Source of the DNA: an uncultured Gammaproteobacteria bacterium
GTDB lineage: Bacteria > Pseudomonadota > Gammaproteobacteria > JABCZS01
DNA length: 64,000 nucleotides
NCBI GenBank assembly: GCA_963848305.1
Contig: CAWKDC010000001.1
Location: 64,001 to 128,000 of the forward strand
Direction: 5' to 3'
Below the pieces are notes generated by a model. That model was not told the DNA's origin. It ran no database searches and was given only the letters and a program-made list of their open reading frames with translations. The position numbers and the translations under genes are program-made. Numbering within the stretch: the first letter of the stretch is position 1; every line of letters begins with the position of its first letter. Shown here piece by piece: positions 50,155 through 62,927 of this stretch.

Positions 50155-53020
50155 CTAAGGCGCGGGCAATCCGATGATGACCACTTGCCATCCATCGGAG
50201 GTGGGGGTGATGGAAAACTGGCTCTGGTAGGAACCGGGCGACGACACGCTTTCGAACACGGTGGTCAGATAATTCGGCGTTGAATTCGGATCGGTGATAA
50301 ATCCCGTCTGCGGAGTGAACGTGTGTGGGGCGTCCGAGTCCCCAAAGATCCAGCTCACCAGCAGCCCGGCCTTCGGGAGCGTGATGGGACTAGAGGTCGC
50401 ACTCGTCGTGTACGTGCCGGGGCTGGGACTGGTGATGGCGGAAGCGATGGGGGCCTGTGCAGTGTTTGAGCCTGCCACGGCCAGGAAATGCACAAAGATC
50501 GGCTCTTGGTTGTCCACCGTGATCGTGATCGTATCACCGGCCGGGCAGGACACGGGATTCTGGACGTAGTAGACCGTGCTCCGCATGTCGTAGAAATAGC
50601 CCACCCAGTTCGTGGGTCCGGCCAGGATGTTCCAGGTGTTTCCGCAGCTATCGGATACCGTCGGCTGAGCGATCGGCTGGCTGTAGAAGTTGTAATAATC
50701 TCCCAGGAACAGCAGGAGCGTAGAAGCTCCCGGATAGACAAACGGCCCAGTATCGTACGTGGTCGGGTAGGTTACCTGCGAAGCCGTTCCCCAGGCCCCC
50801 GATGACACCATCGTCGGTACGGGAGGATTCACCACGAGCGTGGCGGCTTTGCTGTGATTGGCGGAGTAATCCTCAAATCCCGCATAGACGTTCGGCGCGG
50901 CGTTATCCGTGCTCAGCAGGACAAACCGTATGGCCGAGGTGCTCGTCCACCCGGGCCGCGCGGTGATTTCATTAACGATGCTGGTCACATCGATGATGTG
51001 GGTGCAGGTGTTTTGGCCGTTGTTGTTCCCCTGGCAGCTTCCGTGAACATCGCCCGGTCCGGTGGTGGTGTAATCCGTGTAGGCCGTCGTATAGGGGACG
51101 TCCAGAGGCGTGTTACCGGTTGAACCACTGAACGAAGGCCCGTCGTCCTGCGCCACGCCGTAGACGCGGAAAGTGGAGCTCGTGCCGGGGCAAGGCGCTG
51201 ATCCGCAAACGGCACTGCTGGCGGACCCATCGCTGCTCACCAGTTGCAGGTAGGCGGAGCGGATCGTGTCACCTGACTTGACGCCGGTCGAGGGAAACCG
51301 GTAGCCGGTAACATAGGCCGTGGTCGTCCCCGCCCAACTCCCCACCAAATCCGCTCCCCCGGACGATGGCGTGCCATACCATACGCTGCCGTTTTGAAAG
51401 TAACCATCGTCGGCGTCAGTGGAAATCTGAATCGTGTGAGCAACCGGAGATTGTGTACCGCCGCCCGTAATCGTCAAGGTCAGTGACGCGGTCCCCGTGC
51501 CCGTGCTGTTCGTGGCGCTCAGCGTCACCGTGGAGGTGCCCGCCGCTGTGGGCGTGCCGGAAATCAGCCCGGTGCCGGTACTGACCGTTAACCCGGCGGG
51601 CAATCCCGCGGCGCCGTAACTGGTCGGCGTATTCTTCGCCGTGATCTGATAGGAGAAGGAGGCGCCCACCGTCCCGCTCGCTGTGGTCGCGCTGGTGATC
51701 ACCGGCGCTGCGGTATTCACCGGAAAGCTGAGCGTGGAGCTTCCTCCGCCCGACGCGGGATTCGTTACCACCACCGCATAACTTCCCGCCGTCGCCTGGT
51801 CCGCGGCGCTCAGCGTGATCGTCAAGGCGCTCGCGCTCACATAGGTGGCCGGGTGCGCCGCGCCGTTGTATGTCACCGTAGACGCTGATAGGAAGTTGCT
51901 CCCCTGGAGGGTCAGGGTGAGCGCCCCCGCCCCCACCGTCGAGGAGGCCGGCGAGAAACTACTGAGCGTTGGCGCCGGATTATTCACCAGGAAGTTCAGC
52001 GTCGACTTTCCCCCGCCCGGTGCGGGATTCGTTACCACCACGGCATAACTTCCCGCCGTCACCTGGTCCACGGCGCTCAGTGTGATCGTCAAGGCGCTCG
52101 CGCTCACATAGGTGGCCGGGTGCGCCGCGCCGTTGTATGTCACCGTGGATGTTGAGAGGAAATTGCTCCCTTGGAGGGTCAGGGTAAGCGCCCCCGCCCC
52201 TACCGTCGAGGAGGCGGGCGAGAAACTACTGAGCGTTGGCGCCGAGTTGTTGCCAACGCCGCCGAGGCTCACCGACTGTGGGCTCCCCGGGGCGTTATCT
52301 GCAAAGGTCAGAGTGGCGCTCCGCGTTCCGGTAACTGCCGGCGTAAAGGTCACACCGACCACGCAGGCGCCACTTGGTGCGACCGTAGCTCCCCCGCAGG
52401 TATCCTTGCTGATCGCAAAGTCGCTGGGGTTCGCGCCGCCGATCGTTACGGTCGAGACGGTCAGGTTCGCCGCCCCGTTGTTTGTCACCGTCTCCGTTTG
52501 CGCCGCACTCGGCGCTCCCACCAGTTGGCTTCCGAAGTCCAGGCTCGCGGCAGAGAGCGTGAAAGCCGAGGCGATGCCCGTCCCGCTGACCGGTATGATG
52601 TGCGGACTTCCCGCGGCATCGTCCGTGATATTTACTGATGCCGTGCGGTTCCCTGCCGCAGAGGGTTTGAAGGTCACAGTTGCAGTGCAGCTTGCTCCCG
52701 GCGCCAGCGAGACTTCCACACGTGTTGGTGAGAACAAAGTCCGCAGCATGGGGACCCGCCACCATGACACTGGCAATATTCAAAGTTGCGGTGCCACTAT
52801 TGGTCAAGGTGACGGTCCGAGGAGGGCTGGCCGTGCCTATGGGCTGACTATCGAACGTAATGGGCGCGCCACTGATCGTGACGTTGGCTGCTGAGACAGG
52901 AGGGGGCGTGACCGAGCCGCCCCCTCCTCCACAGGAAGCGAACAAAAGAACAGAAATGATACACTTGCCCACGAAAATCGCGGGGTTCGTGCAGCGCTTT
53001 GGATGCACTCTCGTTCCCAT
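50155..53020 (-). CDS. Large surface (lipo)protein with Ig-like domains (ASH/choice-of-anchor D, IPT/TIG, He_PIG); frameshift near 52720
   Basis: LLFASCGGGG lipobox-like; VTLTNSG, C..LAPGASC...VTF.P...G.R.A; two 89-aa IPT repeats; GLPAGLTV...TGLISGTPT. Confidence 0.8.
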
Positions 53021-53397
53021 AAGTCAGAAGTCGATCTTGAGCAGGTTCAATCGCTAAGGGGGGCATTGCATTTCCCCTGCGGCACGCCGATCCTCAAGCA
53101 CATTGACAGCCTAGTAGCGCGCCGTATAAGTCCATTCAGGGCAACCCACCCGTTCGTCGCGAAACTCTTTCAACTCTCTATGATAATTTTAAAATTGACA
53201 CTAGTTATGATAGCGGAATTCTGTCCTGGATGGAAAGTCTGACTGCGAGAACAATTCAGGTTCGGAGTAATATTGATGTCGATATTGGCCAATACATTGT
53301 ATCCCCAGCAGAGGCAGATCCCTCTGCCGCTCTGGCGGGTTACTTTAGATAGGAAGGCTTCTTCGCCCGCACGTGCTGTGTGTGGCACGCGGAATGA

Positions 53398-54677
53398 TTA
53401 CAGGGGAGAGTGGAGGTCCCCGCCGGCATCGAACTCCGCGGGGAAGGGGCCTTCCGCCAATTTCCAATGTGCCGGCGAAGCGATTTGGTCTTTAATCGAG
53501 GAGGAAACAGCAATTCTATTAATACTCAGAGTATTTTCGATCCAGACGATTCGCTGAGTGGCGGGTTCGGGAGTTCCCAGGTGGCCCAGGGCCAGATCCA
53601 GGGCGGCACGGTCGGTGGGCAAGTTGAATGGGCAGGCGCGCGCCCGAGGGCGTAAGCGCGACGATGGCATTCAGGTAGGTCTTCTGGAAATCGATTTTGC
53701 GGAAAAGGCGCTCGTGGATGATGTCGGCAAATCCCATGCCCACGGCGTTGCCGCCGCTCTCCTCGGTGAGATCCCGAAGGAAAATCATCGGAATAGGTTG
53801 GGAGCATCTTCCGGCGGCATGCCCGGGCAACGGCCCACAACCTTCAGGTCCATGCCCGCGCCGCTGATGTTCTTGCCAATTTCATCCAGAATCAGCAGGT
53901 GGAGGTTCCGGAAGGGAATGCGCGGAATCATCTAGCGGGCCAGAGCAGGAGCATCGATTCGTCCAGCGCAGGAATTCCCGCGGGCAGGGCCGCGCGCACA
54001 TCGGCGATCTCGTGCATTTCATTTTCGGTCACTCGCCACACCAAATAAAATCTTGCCGCTCGCCAGGATTCTTCGCTGGAGACAGCGCGGATGGTGGGCT
54101 CGAATCCGTATTTCCAGAATTGCCGATGGCCTTCCGTTGGCGCCCTCGCGCTTGCCCAGTCCGATCGCCATCATTTTCAGGAGGCCGCTTTCGATTTTGC
54201 CAAAGTAATCGGAATGAGGCTTGACGCGGTTCATAACCACGATACCGTCGGACTCCCAGGCGTGGCGGTCCGCATAAATATTGAACCCCTGAGGTGTCTC
54301 CCCCACCACGACCGTTTCCATCGACGCGCGAATCTCGGCGCCGATTTCCGGTTCGGTAATTCCATACTCAGCCAGAATTTGGAGCTGGCCTTCGGCGGTG
54401 GCTCCCCCATGACTGCCCATGGAGGGAACACAAAGGGCTGCGCTCCCCGCTCCTTCAACCAGCCGCAAATGGTGCGCACAATTTCTTGAAGATGGGCGAT
54501 GCCGCGGCTTCCCACGGTCAGAGCGATGCGTTTACCTTGGAGTTTTCCCGCCTCCACACCGAGGCCGGCCAGCGCGGCGCACATGGAACCACTCAGGTCA
54601 TCGACTTTCGGGCGGCTGGGCCCCTTGCGCTCTAAAATATAAAAACTGGCTAAGGGTATGTGGTGGTTGTGTGTCAT
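53398..54677 (-). CDS. LarA-like (lactate racemase domain / DUF2088) protein; multiple frameshifts and an in-frame TAG near 53932
   Basis: ALTVGSRGI, PSMGSHGGATAEGQ, NRVKPH, ESGLLKMMAIGLGK, DEIGKNISGAGMD, GNAVGMGFAD, I.NTL. Confidence 0.75.
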
Positions 54678-54690
54678 GGCAGAATCGCTC

Positions 54691-54927
54691 AAAAAGAAGT
54701 TCGCACAGAGGGCACAGAGATGGGCTCACAGAGAGCACGGAGCAAACCCATGATCTTCTCCGTGTTCTCTCCAGAAGCTTCGCCCAAACGTGACACGGGC
54801 GTCCCGCCCGTGCAGGGGGCACGGCCAAGATGGCCGTGGCACGTCGCGCGAAACATCAGTTTCTGCCCACTATGGACCCGCCAGCGGCGGGCAGACACTC
54901 TGTGTGAAACGCTTTTAAGCCCTCCTT
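54691..54927. repeat. Composite dispersed repeat (second copy of the shell, different REP core)
   Basis: 25-bp identity GCACAGAGATGGGCTCACAGAGAGC and the right end are shared with 38791-39040; core ACGTGACACGGGCGTCCCGCCCGTGC...GCACGGCCAAGATGGCCGTGGCACGT. Confidence 0.8.
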
Positions 54928-54949
54928 ATACCGGAATGTCAGTAGGCCC

Positions 54950-55950
54950 TTATGCGGCAAACGTTCCGCGGCATGCCGCAATGATTTCCTCTTCCGAGAC
55001 CATGACCGCCTTTTGCAGCGAGGGCGCAACCGGCATGGGGACGTCCCGGGTGCAGACCCGCTCGGGGGGCGCGTCCAGTTCTAAGAAGCACTCTTCCACC
55101 ACGCCGCCATAAGTTCCGCCGCATAACCACAGGTACGCGACCCATCGCTAACCACCACAAGGCGATTCGTTTTGCGAACGGATTGCAGGATGGTTGCGGA
55201 GTCCAGCGGTTTGAGCGTCCGGGGGTCGATCACTTCCACTTCAATCCCTTCCTTCGAGAGTTTCTCCGCCGCCGACAAGGCCAGCGTTACGGTGCGGCCG
55301 GTGGCTACGACCGTAACATCGCCGCCCGGGCGCTTGATGGCCGCAATACCCAGGGGCACCAGATACTCGCCCTGCGGAATCGGCCCGGTCAGTGAATACA
55401 GCATCCTGCTTTCGAGAAAAATGACCGGGTTGTTTTCCCGAATCGCGCTCTTGAGCAGACCCTTTCGCGTCCGCGGGATCTGACGGCATGACCACCTTGA
55501 GTCCCGGAACATGCACAAACCAGGCCTCCAGCGACTGCGAGTGCTGAGCGCCGAGTCCCACGCCCGTGCAGATGGGGGCGCGAATGACCAGGGGGATCGA
55601 GACCATCCCTCCGCTCATATACCGCAATTTGGCGGCGTGGTTCACGATCTGATCCATGGCAATCGTAATGAAATCCTGAAACTGCAATTCGATGACCGGC
55701 CTTGCTCCCACCAGCGCCGAACCTACGCCCGCCCCCGCAATCGCCGCCTCCGATATGGGCGTGTCAATCACCCGCTGAGGCCCAAATTCATCCAGCAGAC
55801 CCTTGGTGACGTTGAAAAGCCCTCCCATGCTGGCCAACATCTTCGCCGAGCACAAACACCAGTGGGTCGCTGCGCATCTCTTCCCGCAGAGCTTCATTGA
55901 GAGCTTCGACATACGACCTTACGTTGGCGATTGGAGTCAGGCGTAGACAT
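54950..55950 (-). CDS. 2-oxoacid/acetoin dehydrogenase E1 beta subunit; frameshifts
   Basis: [56 protein letters not shown]. Confidence 0.88.
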
Positions 55951-56929
55951 CCTGGTCTGCACTCTCCGGGTCTGGCGTGGGGCTGCCGACTGCGAAGGCC
56001 GAGGCTTTCGCCACTTCTGCCTGTACCTCCGAATCAATTCGCTGAGTTCGTCTTGGGTGGCCCCTTGCGTCCGGAGCAAGAACTGGCAATAACGCGCGAT
56101 GGGGTCTTTGTGTTTCCATTCTTCAATTTCCTGGTTGGGGCGGGTTTCCCGGCGAGTAAAAATCGAGTGCGGCTCCCAACGGTAGCTGACGCATTCGATT
56201 AAGCGACGGTCCGGCGCCTGCGGTGGCGCGCGCCGCGGCGGCAGTGGCTGCGTCAAAAACCGCCTCGACATCATTCCCATCCACGCGCTCGCCGGGCATG
56301 CCGTAGGCCGCCGCGCGATTTGCGACGCTTCCCCCGGCTGTCGTTTGTTTAAAGGGTGTGCTGAGAGCCCAGAGATTGTTTTCGCAGATGAAGAGGACGG
56401 CAAGCTGATTGATTGCCGCGAAATTGAGCGCCTCGTGAAAGGAGCCCTGGTTGCTTGCCCCATCGCCGAAGAAACAGAAGACGACGCACTCAATTCCCTT
56501 CAGCCGCATGCCGAGGGCTGCACCCGCGGCGATGGGAATCCCTCCGCCCACAATGCCGTCGGCGCCGAGCATGCCGCGCGAGACGTCTGTTATGTGCATG
56601 CTGCCGCCCTTGCCACGGCAATAGCCATCCGCGCGGCCTAATACCTCAGCCATCATGCGACCGAGATCCAGACCGCGGGCAATCGAGTGACCGTGGCCGC
56701 GATGCGTGCTGGTAAGAAGATCGCCCTCCCGCATGGCCGAACAAGCACCGACGGCAATGGCTTCCATGCCGATATACTGGTGCGCCGTGCCGGGGATAAG
56801 GCCCTTTTTGTTATGCTCGTAAATCTCGCGCTCGAAGGCGCGGATCCGGCACATCTGGCGGTACCACTGGAGCCGCATCGCGGGTGAGATCATCGAATTG
56901 GAGGTTCGCGATTCCTGTCTTGCTGCCAC
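55937..56929 (-). CDS. 2-oxoacid/acetoin dehydrogenase E1 alpha subunit (TPP); frameshifts near the 3' end
   Basis: IRAFE, G.EA, THRGHGH, GKGGSMH, GDGA.NQG..HE, CENN, VDGND, DPI. Confidence 0.9.
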
Positions 56930-57064
56930 GAGTCAACCACCCCTCAGAAATGTTGCTGTAGGAGCCCTGCACGTTACAATAGAGCAAACTGCACCACACC
57001 GAGTCCAGCTACAGGTCGATGGATTATCCCATCGGAGTTATACTGTCAAGCCAAAACAAAAACC

Positions 57065-57153
57065 GGTGGTGGATTAATTTGACGTAAAGGCGGCTTTACG
57101 CCGCCATCTGGCGAGGTAAACTCGCCGATGCTACACCAAATTCACCCACTACC
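57065..57153. repeat. Nested palindromic REP-like element
   Basis: Outer IR GGTGGTGGATTAATTTG / CAAATTCACCCACTACC around GTAAAGGCGGCTTTACGCCGCC; inverted copy of the core at 58311-58333. Confidence 0.7.
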
Positions 57154-57178
57154 GAAAATCTGGTGGCGGATCCCGAAC

Positions 57179-58000
57179 ATGCATGACCTTAAGAATAAAG
57201 TCGCTATCGTGACGGGAGGGGCCAGGGGTATCGGGCTCAGTGTTTGCGAAACCCTCGCTGGGGCCGGCTGCGCAGTCGTCATTGCCGACATTTCTGAAAA
57301 AAATGGGGGTGCGGCAGAGCTGAGTCTTCGTCATGCCGGTTACGCCTGCGAATACCTTTGGGTGGACGTGGCGCAGGAGGATTCGGTTCGAGCGATGGTT
57401 GAGGGTGTCCGGAAGCGCCATGACCGGATCGATATTCTCGTTTGCAGCTCCGGTGTGCCCGCTAAAGTCATTCCGACCATTCAACTGCCCTCGGAAGAAT
57501 GGATTCGTGTCCTGACCGTCAACCTTTTCGGGGTCTTTCTCTGCTGCCGCGAAGTGGGCGCCGTCATGGTGAAACAAGGTGGCGGGCGAATTATCAATAT
57601 GGCTTCTTTGAACGCCGTAAGTCCTCCCGCACTGACCGCGGCTTATAACGTGTCGAAGGCCGGAGTGGTAAGCCTGACCCAGACTTTGGCCCTCGAATTG
57701 GCGCCTTTCGGGGTCAATGTCAACGCCATCAGCCCTGGGCCCATCGTCGGGGATTTCAATGACGTGATCATGCCTCAGCGTGCCGCAACCCTGGGTATAT
57801 CCCAAGACCAGATGGTAGAGAAGATTCGGGCCTCGATTCCACTGGGACGATGGGGCACAACTGCGGACGTCGCCAATGCCGTGCTCTTTCTTGCCTCCCC
57901 ACAGAGTGATTGGATAACCGGACAAAACCTGATGGTGGCTGGCGGGCTTTCCGGCGTGGCCGCCTCGCCGCCCAAGGAAGTCATTCTTCAAAGATGGTGA
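57179..58000 (+). CDS. SDR-family oxidoreductase
   Basis: TGGARGIG, IINMAS, YNVSK, NAISPG, PLGRWG, WITGQ. Confidence 0.92.
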   Translation: MHDLKNKVAIVTGGARGIGLSVCETLAGAGCAVVIADISEKNGGAAELSLRHAGYACEYLWVDVAQEDSVRAMVEGVRKRHDRIDILVCSSGVPAKVIPTIQLPSEEWIRVLTVNLFGVFLCCREVGAVMVKQGGGRIINMASLNAVSPPALTAAYNVSKAGVVSLTQTLALELAPFGVNVNAISPGPIVGDFNDVIMPQRAATLGISQDQMVEKIRASIPLGRWGTTADVANAVLFLASPQSDWITGQNLMVAGGLSGVAASPPKEVILQRW

Positions 58001-58050
58001 AGGCCGACTGCGGTGTCTGCAATTCCCACCGAACGTTTGTCGGCCGGTGC

Positions 58051-58333
58051 CAGCCCGCGAAGCGGGCGCGGTCATGTAGCCCACGGTGAAGCCGTGGGAG
58101 AAAGCCAGCATTAATAAATCTTCCGAAGAAGCCCCTGCAAGGGGCGGCATCCGGCCCGCTTCAGAGGAGGCTTCGCACCTCGATGCAGACTTACCGGTGG
58201 AAACCCCCGATGTCGCCCCTGACGGGGCTGGCGGATCTCCTCGCTGCTCCTCGACCCACGGCTGGCTCGCCGTGGGCATGACCGCGCCCGCTTCGCAGGC
58301 TGAAGCCACCTGGCGGCGTAAAGCCGCCTCTAC
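58051..58333. repeat. Cluster of nested palindromic REP-like repeats between convergent genes
   Basis: AGCCCGCGAAGCGGGCGCGGTCATG...CATGACCGCGCCCGCTTCGCAGGCT; CCCACGG..CCGTGGG twice; GCCCC..GGGGC twice. Confidence 0.75.
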
Positions 58334-58334
58334 A

Positions 58335-59345
58335 TTACATTGCCCCAACTTCTTCAGGAACGGGTATTCCCTGAGGAAGTAGATTCTGCTTTTTCAGGTC
58401 TCGCCAAAATTCCGCTGGAATGGAATGACCCACGAACCGAAAGTTCTCTTCCACTTCAACCTCTGACCTTGCTCCGGGGACGATCGACGCCACCGCCGGG
58501 TGGCCGAATGGAAACTGGAGAGCGGCGGCCTGGAGAGGGACGGAATATTCCCGGCAAGTGTTTTCGATTTGCCGCACTTGTTCCAAAACCTCCGGACCGG
58601 CGGGAACATAGTTGTAGGTGGCCCCCGCCACCGCGCCCGTGGCTAGGATGCCGCTGTTGTACGGGCCGCCAATAATGATGCTGACGCCCTTTGCTTCGCA
58701 CAGAGGAAGGGCGTCCTTCAACGCGCTGTGATCGAGCAGAGAGTATCGTCCGGCCAGGAGAATGCAGTCAAAGTCGCCCGCTTGCACAAAACGGATGAGC
58801 GTCTCAACTTCGGTCGTGCCCACTCCCACTGCTCCAATCACCCGCTCCTTCCGGAGTTTGTCGAGCGCCACGTAGGCGCCGTTCATGGCCGCGTCGAAAT
58901 GATCGGTGGGGTCATGAATATGCAGAATATCAACGCGGTCCAGGCCAAGCCTGCGGAGGCTACCTTCCAGGGAGCGCATGACGCCATCGTAGCTAAAGTC
59001 GAACACCGGCTGGAGAGCGGGAGGATTGTCATAAGGGAAAAACATTTCCTGCTTGGCGCCGGGCGTTTGGGGCAGGAGCGCATATCCTACCTTGCTGGCC
59101 AGGACATACGAATCGCGGTTCCAACCCTCGAGTCCGCGCCTGTACCGTGACTCGCTCTTCCCCGCCCCGTAAAGCGGAGCCGTATCAAAGAAACCAATGC
59201 CGAGGTGCAAGGCGCGCTTGATGGTGTTCGTGGCCGTGTCTTCCGCCAGGTCATGAAAAAGTCCTCCCAACGCCGCCCCACCGATTCCCAATCGCGTCAC
59301 TTCTAAACGGGTTTTCCCCAACCGAACTTTCGCCAGCGGATTCAT
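58335..59345 (-). CDS. Aldo/keto reductase (D-threo-aldose / L-fucose dehydrogenase-like)
   Basis: FDTAPLYG.G.SE, SKVG, FDFSYDGV.RS.E.SL.RLGLDRVD.LHIHDP, LAGRYSLL, YNSGILA. Confidence 0.88.
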   Translation of the reverse strand: MNPLAKVRLGKTRLEVTRLGIGGAALGGLFHDLAEDTATNTIKRALHLGIGFFDTAPLYGAGKSESRYRRGLEGWNRDSYVLASKVGYALLPQTPGAKQEMFFPYDNPPALQPVFDFSYDGVMRSLEGSLRRLGLDRVDILHIHDPTDHFDAAMNGAYVALDKLRKERVIGAVGVGTTEVETLIRFVQAGDFDCILLAGRYSLLDHSALKDALPLCEAKGVSIIIGGPYNSGILATGAVAGATYNYVPAGPEVLEQVRQIENTCREYSVPLQAAALQFPFGHPAVASIVPGARSEVEVEENFRFVGHSIPAEFWRDLKKQNLLPQGIPVPEEVGAM

Positions 59346-59382
59346 AGGACCTCCACCGCCCTGAACCTGTCAGCCTTAGCCC

Positions 59383-61017
59383 TCAGCGGAAAATGTAGTA
59401 CAAAACCGCCACCGTCACGGCGAGGCTGGAGGCGATCAAACGCGGGTCTCGCCAACCTCTGAACCGCTCCTGCGTAATGGCGGCCAGGGGGTGACTCCAC
59501 GTAAGGCCATCCACCGATTCGGGGGCCGGCGCCGGCGTGACGAGGCTTACCAGCACGTAGATGAGACTGCAAATGCAGAACAGCCACCACGCCTGCATCA
59601 TAAATGGAATACCCCAGCGGTGCGTAATGATCTTTTCCGTGCCGAACACCGGAAGATCCAGGATGAAGGCCAGCACTCCCAAGACGAAGCCCGAAGTTAG
59701 CGTGTACAACGAAGCTTCTTTCGTGCCTCGCCGCCAGAGCACACCCCAAAGAAATACCACGGTGATCGGCGGCGCCAGGTCAGCCGCAATAGCGTTAATC
59801 GCCTCGAAAATGCTTGAGAATCGTCCCCCCTGGGTCGACCATGCCATCGCCAGCAGCATGACGGCGACGGAACTGACCCGGCCAATGGTCAACTGCGCGC
59901 GGTCGGAAGTGCCGGGCCGTAACCGCCTTACGATGTCAACGGCCACCAGGGTGCCGGTGCTGTTGAAAGCGGCGGCGATGGCGCTCATCAGAGCCGCCAG
60001 AATAGCCGCAATGATCACTCCCCGCAATCCGGTGGGGATCAATTGCTCAATCAGCACTGGCAGCGTCTGATTGCTCGCGTTCCCGATGACGTTGTGAAAC
60101 AGCACATACGCAATGACGCCGGGCAGCACCAGCAGAAATACCGGCAGGATCTTCAGAAACCCGGCAAAAAGCGGCCCCCATTGGGCATCTTCGGAGCTGC
60201 GCGCTCCTAACACTCTTTGCACAATCGTTTGGTCCGTGCACCAATACCAGACTCCAAGGATGGGGTAGCCAAGCAGCACGGCATACCAGTCGAGGCCTGC
60301 CGAATCGTGCGTGTGCACCATCGATAATTGTTGCGGCCGCGCCGCAGCCCGGAACTGTTCGATAGAATGGAATCCGTGGGCAGGCAAAGCGGCAAGCGAA
60401 AACACCAGGAGCAACACGGCTCCAAGGATAAGAATGGCAGTATTAACCGTCTCGGTAATAACCACAGCTCGCAGGCCGCCGAGCACCGTGTAAATCCCCA
60501 CGATCGCGGAAATAATGACGACCGATGTGACCACATCGATGCCAAAAAAGCGTTTGAAAACTGCCGCACCAGCGTACAGGCTCATGCCAATGTGGATAAA
60601 TAAGGCGGCGACGATGGCCATAAAAGCCAGGAAGGTGCGGGACGCGGGACTGTAACGGCGCTCCAGAAATTCCGGCAAGGTCGCGATGCGAGTTCGAAAA
60701 TAAAATGGGGCGAACACCAATGAGAGCAGGATCAGCGTGTACGCAGCCATCCATTCGAAGTTTCCCCAAACCAGGCCTTCGTTGTAGCCCGATGCCGTAA
60801 GTCCCACAAGGTGGATGGTGGAAATGTTGGATGCAAACAATGCCGCGCCCACCAGCGGCCATGATAGTGAGCGGCCGGCGAGAAAAAAAACGGTTCCTGT
60901 AATCCTGATATGACGGACCGACAACAGGCCAATCGTCAGGATGCCGCACAGGTACAGCAGGATGATCGCGAGGTCGAGAGGCGGAAGGGTCAGGGTCGAA
61001 AGCACGACGTGGTTCAT
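59383..61017 (-). CDS. Sodium:solute symporter (sugar SSS family)
   Basis: FFLAGRSL.W...GA.LFASNIS, EFLERRY, GGLRAV, WYWCTDQ.IVQR, AALMS. Confidence 0.92.
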   Translation of the reverse strand: MNHVVLSTLTLPPLDLAIILLYLCGILTIGLLSVRHIRITGTVFFLAGRSLSWPLVGAALFASNISTIHLVGLTASGYNEGLVWGNFEWMAAYTLILLSLVFAPFYFRTRIATLPEFLERRYSPASRTFLAFMAIVAALFIHIGMSLYAGAAVFKRFFGIDVVTSVVIISAIVGIYTVLGGLRAVVITETVNTAILILGAVLLLVFSLAALPAHGFHSIEQFRAAARPQQLSMVHTHDSAGLDWYAVLLGYPILGVWYWCTDQTIVQRVLGARSSEDAQWGPLFAGFLKILPVFLLVLPGVIAYVLFHNVIGNASNQTLPVLIEQLIPTGLRGVIIAAILAALMSAIAAAFNSTGTLVAVDIVRRLRPGTSDRAQLTIGRVSSVAVMLLAMAWSTQGGRFSSIFEAINAIAADLAPPITVVFLWGVLWRRGTKEASLYTLTSGFVLGVLAFILDLPVFGTEKIITHRWGIPFMMQAWWLFCICSLIYVLVSLVTPAPAPESVDGLTWSHPLAAITQERFRGWRDPRLIASSLAVTVAVLYYIFR

Positions 61018-61170
61018 ATGCAAGTTCCCGTTTCCCTTGCTGTCCTGCCGTACGCTTCCAACCCCTCGGAAGTCATTGCAGCACTCATGACACGGGGACG
61101 CACCCGCCCTGATCGATCGCCGCACACACAGCGCAAAGTGCGGCTGACTGCAATGATCCGACGGCAAAAG

Positions 61171-62816
<1,646 letters not shown>

Positions 62817-62927
62817 GGTTGTTCCACCTCCGGTGTTTGTTTGCCCTTACAACCGCCGCTTGCCCCGGGCCCTATATTGGCAGACTACAGCAACATCGAA
62901 TCCGCGGCAACACGCATCTAATTCTAT

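Noticed and set aside
51720-52250. 267-bp duplication as a DGR template/variable pair
   Set aside because: It is an in-frame tandem domain repeat, and the differences are not confined to adenines.
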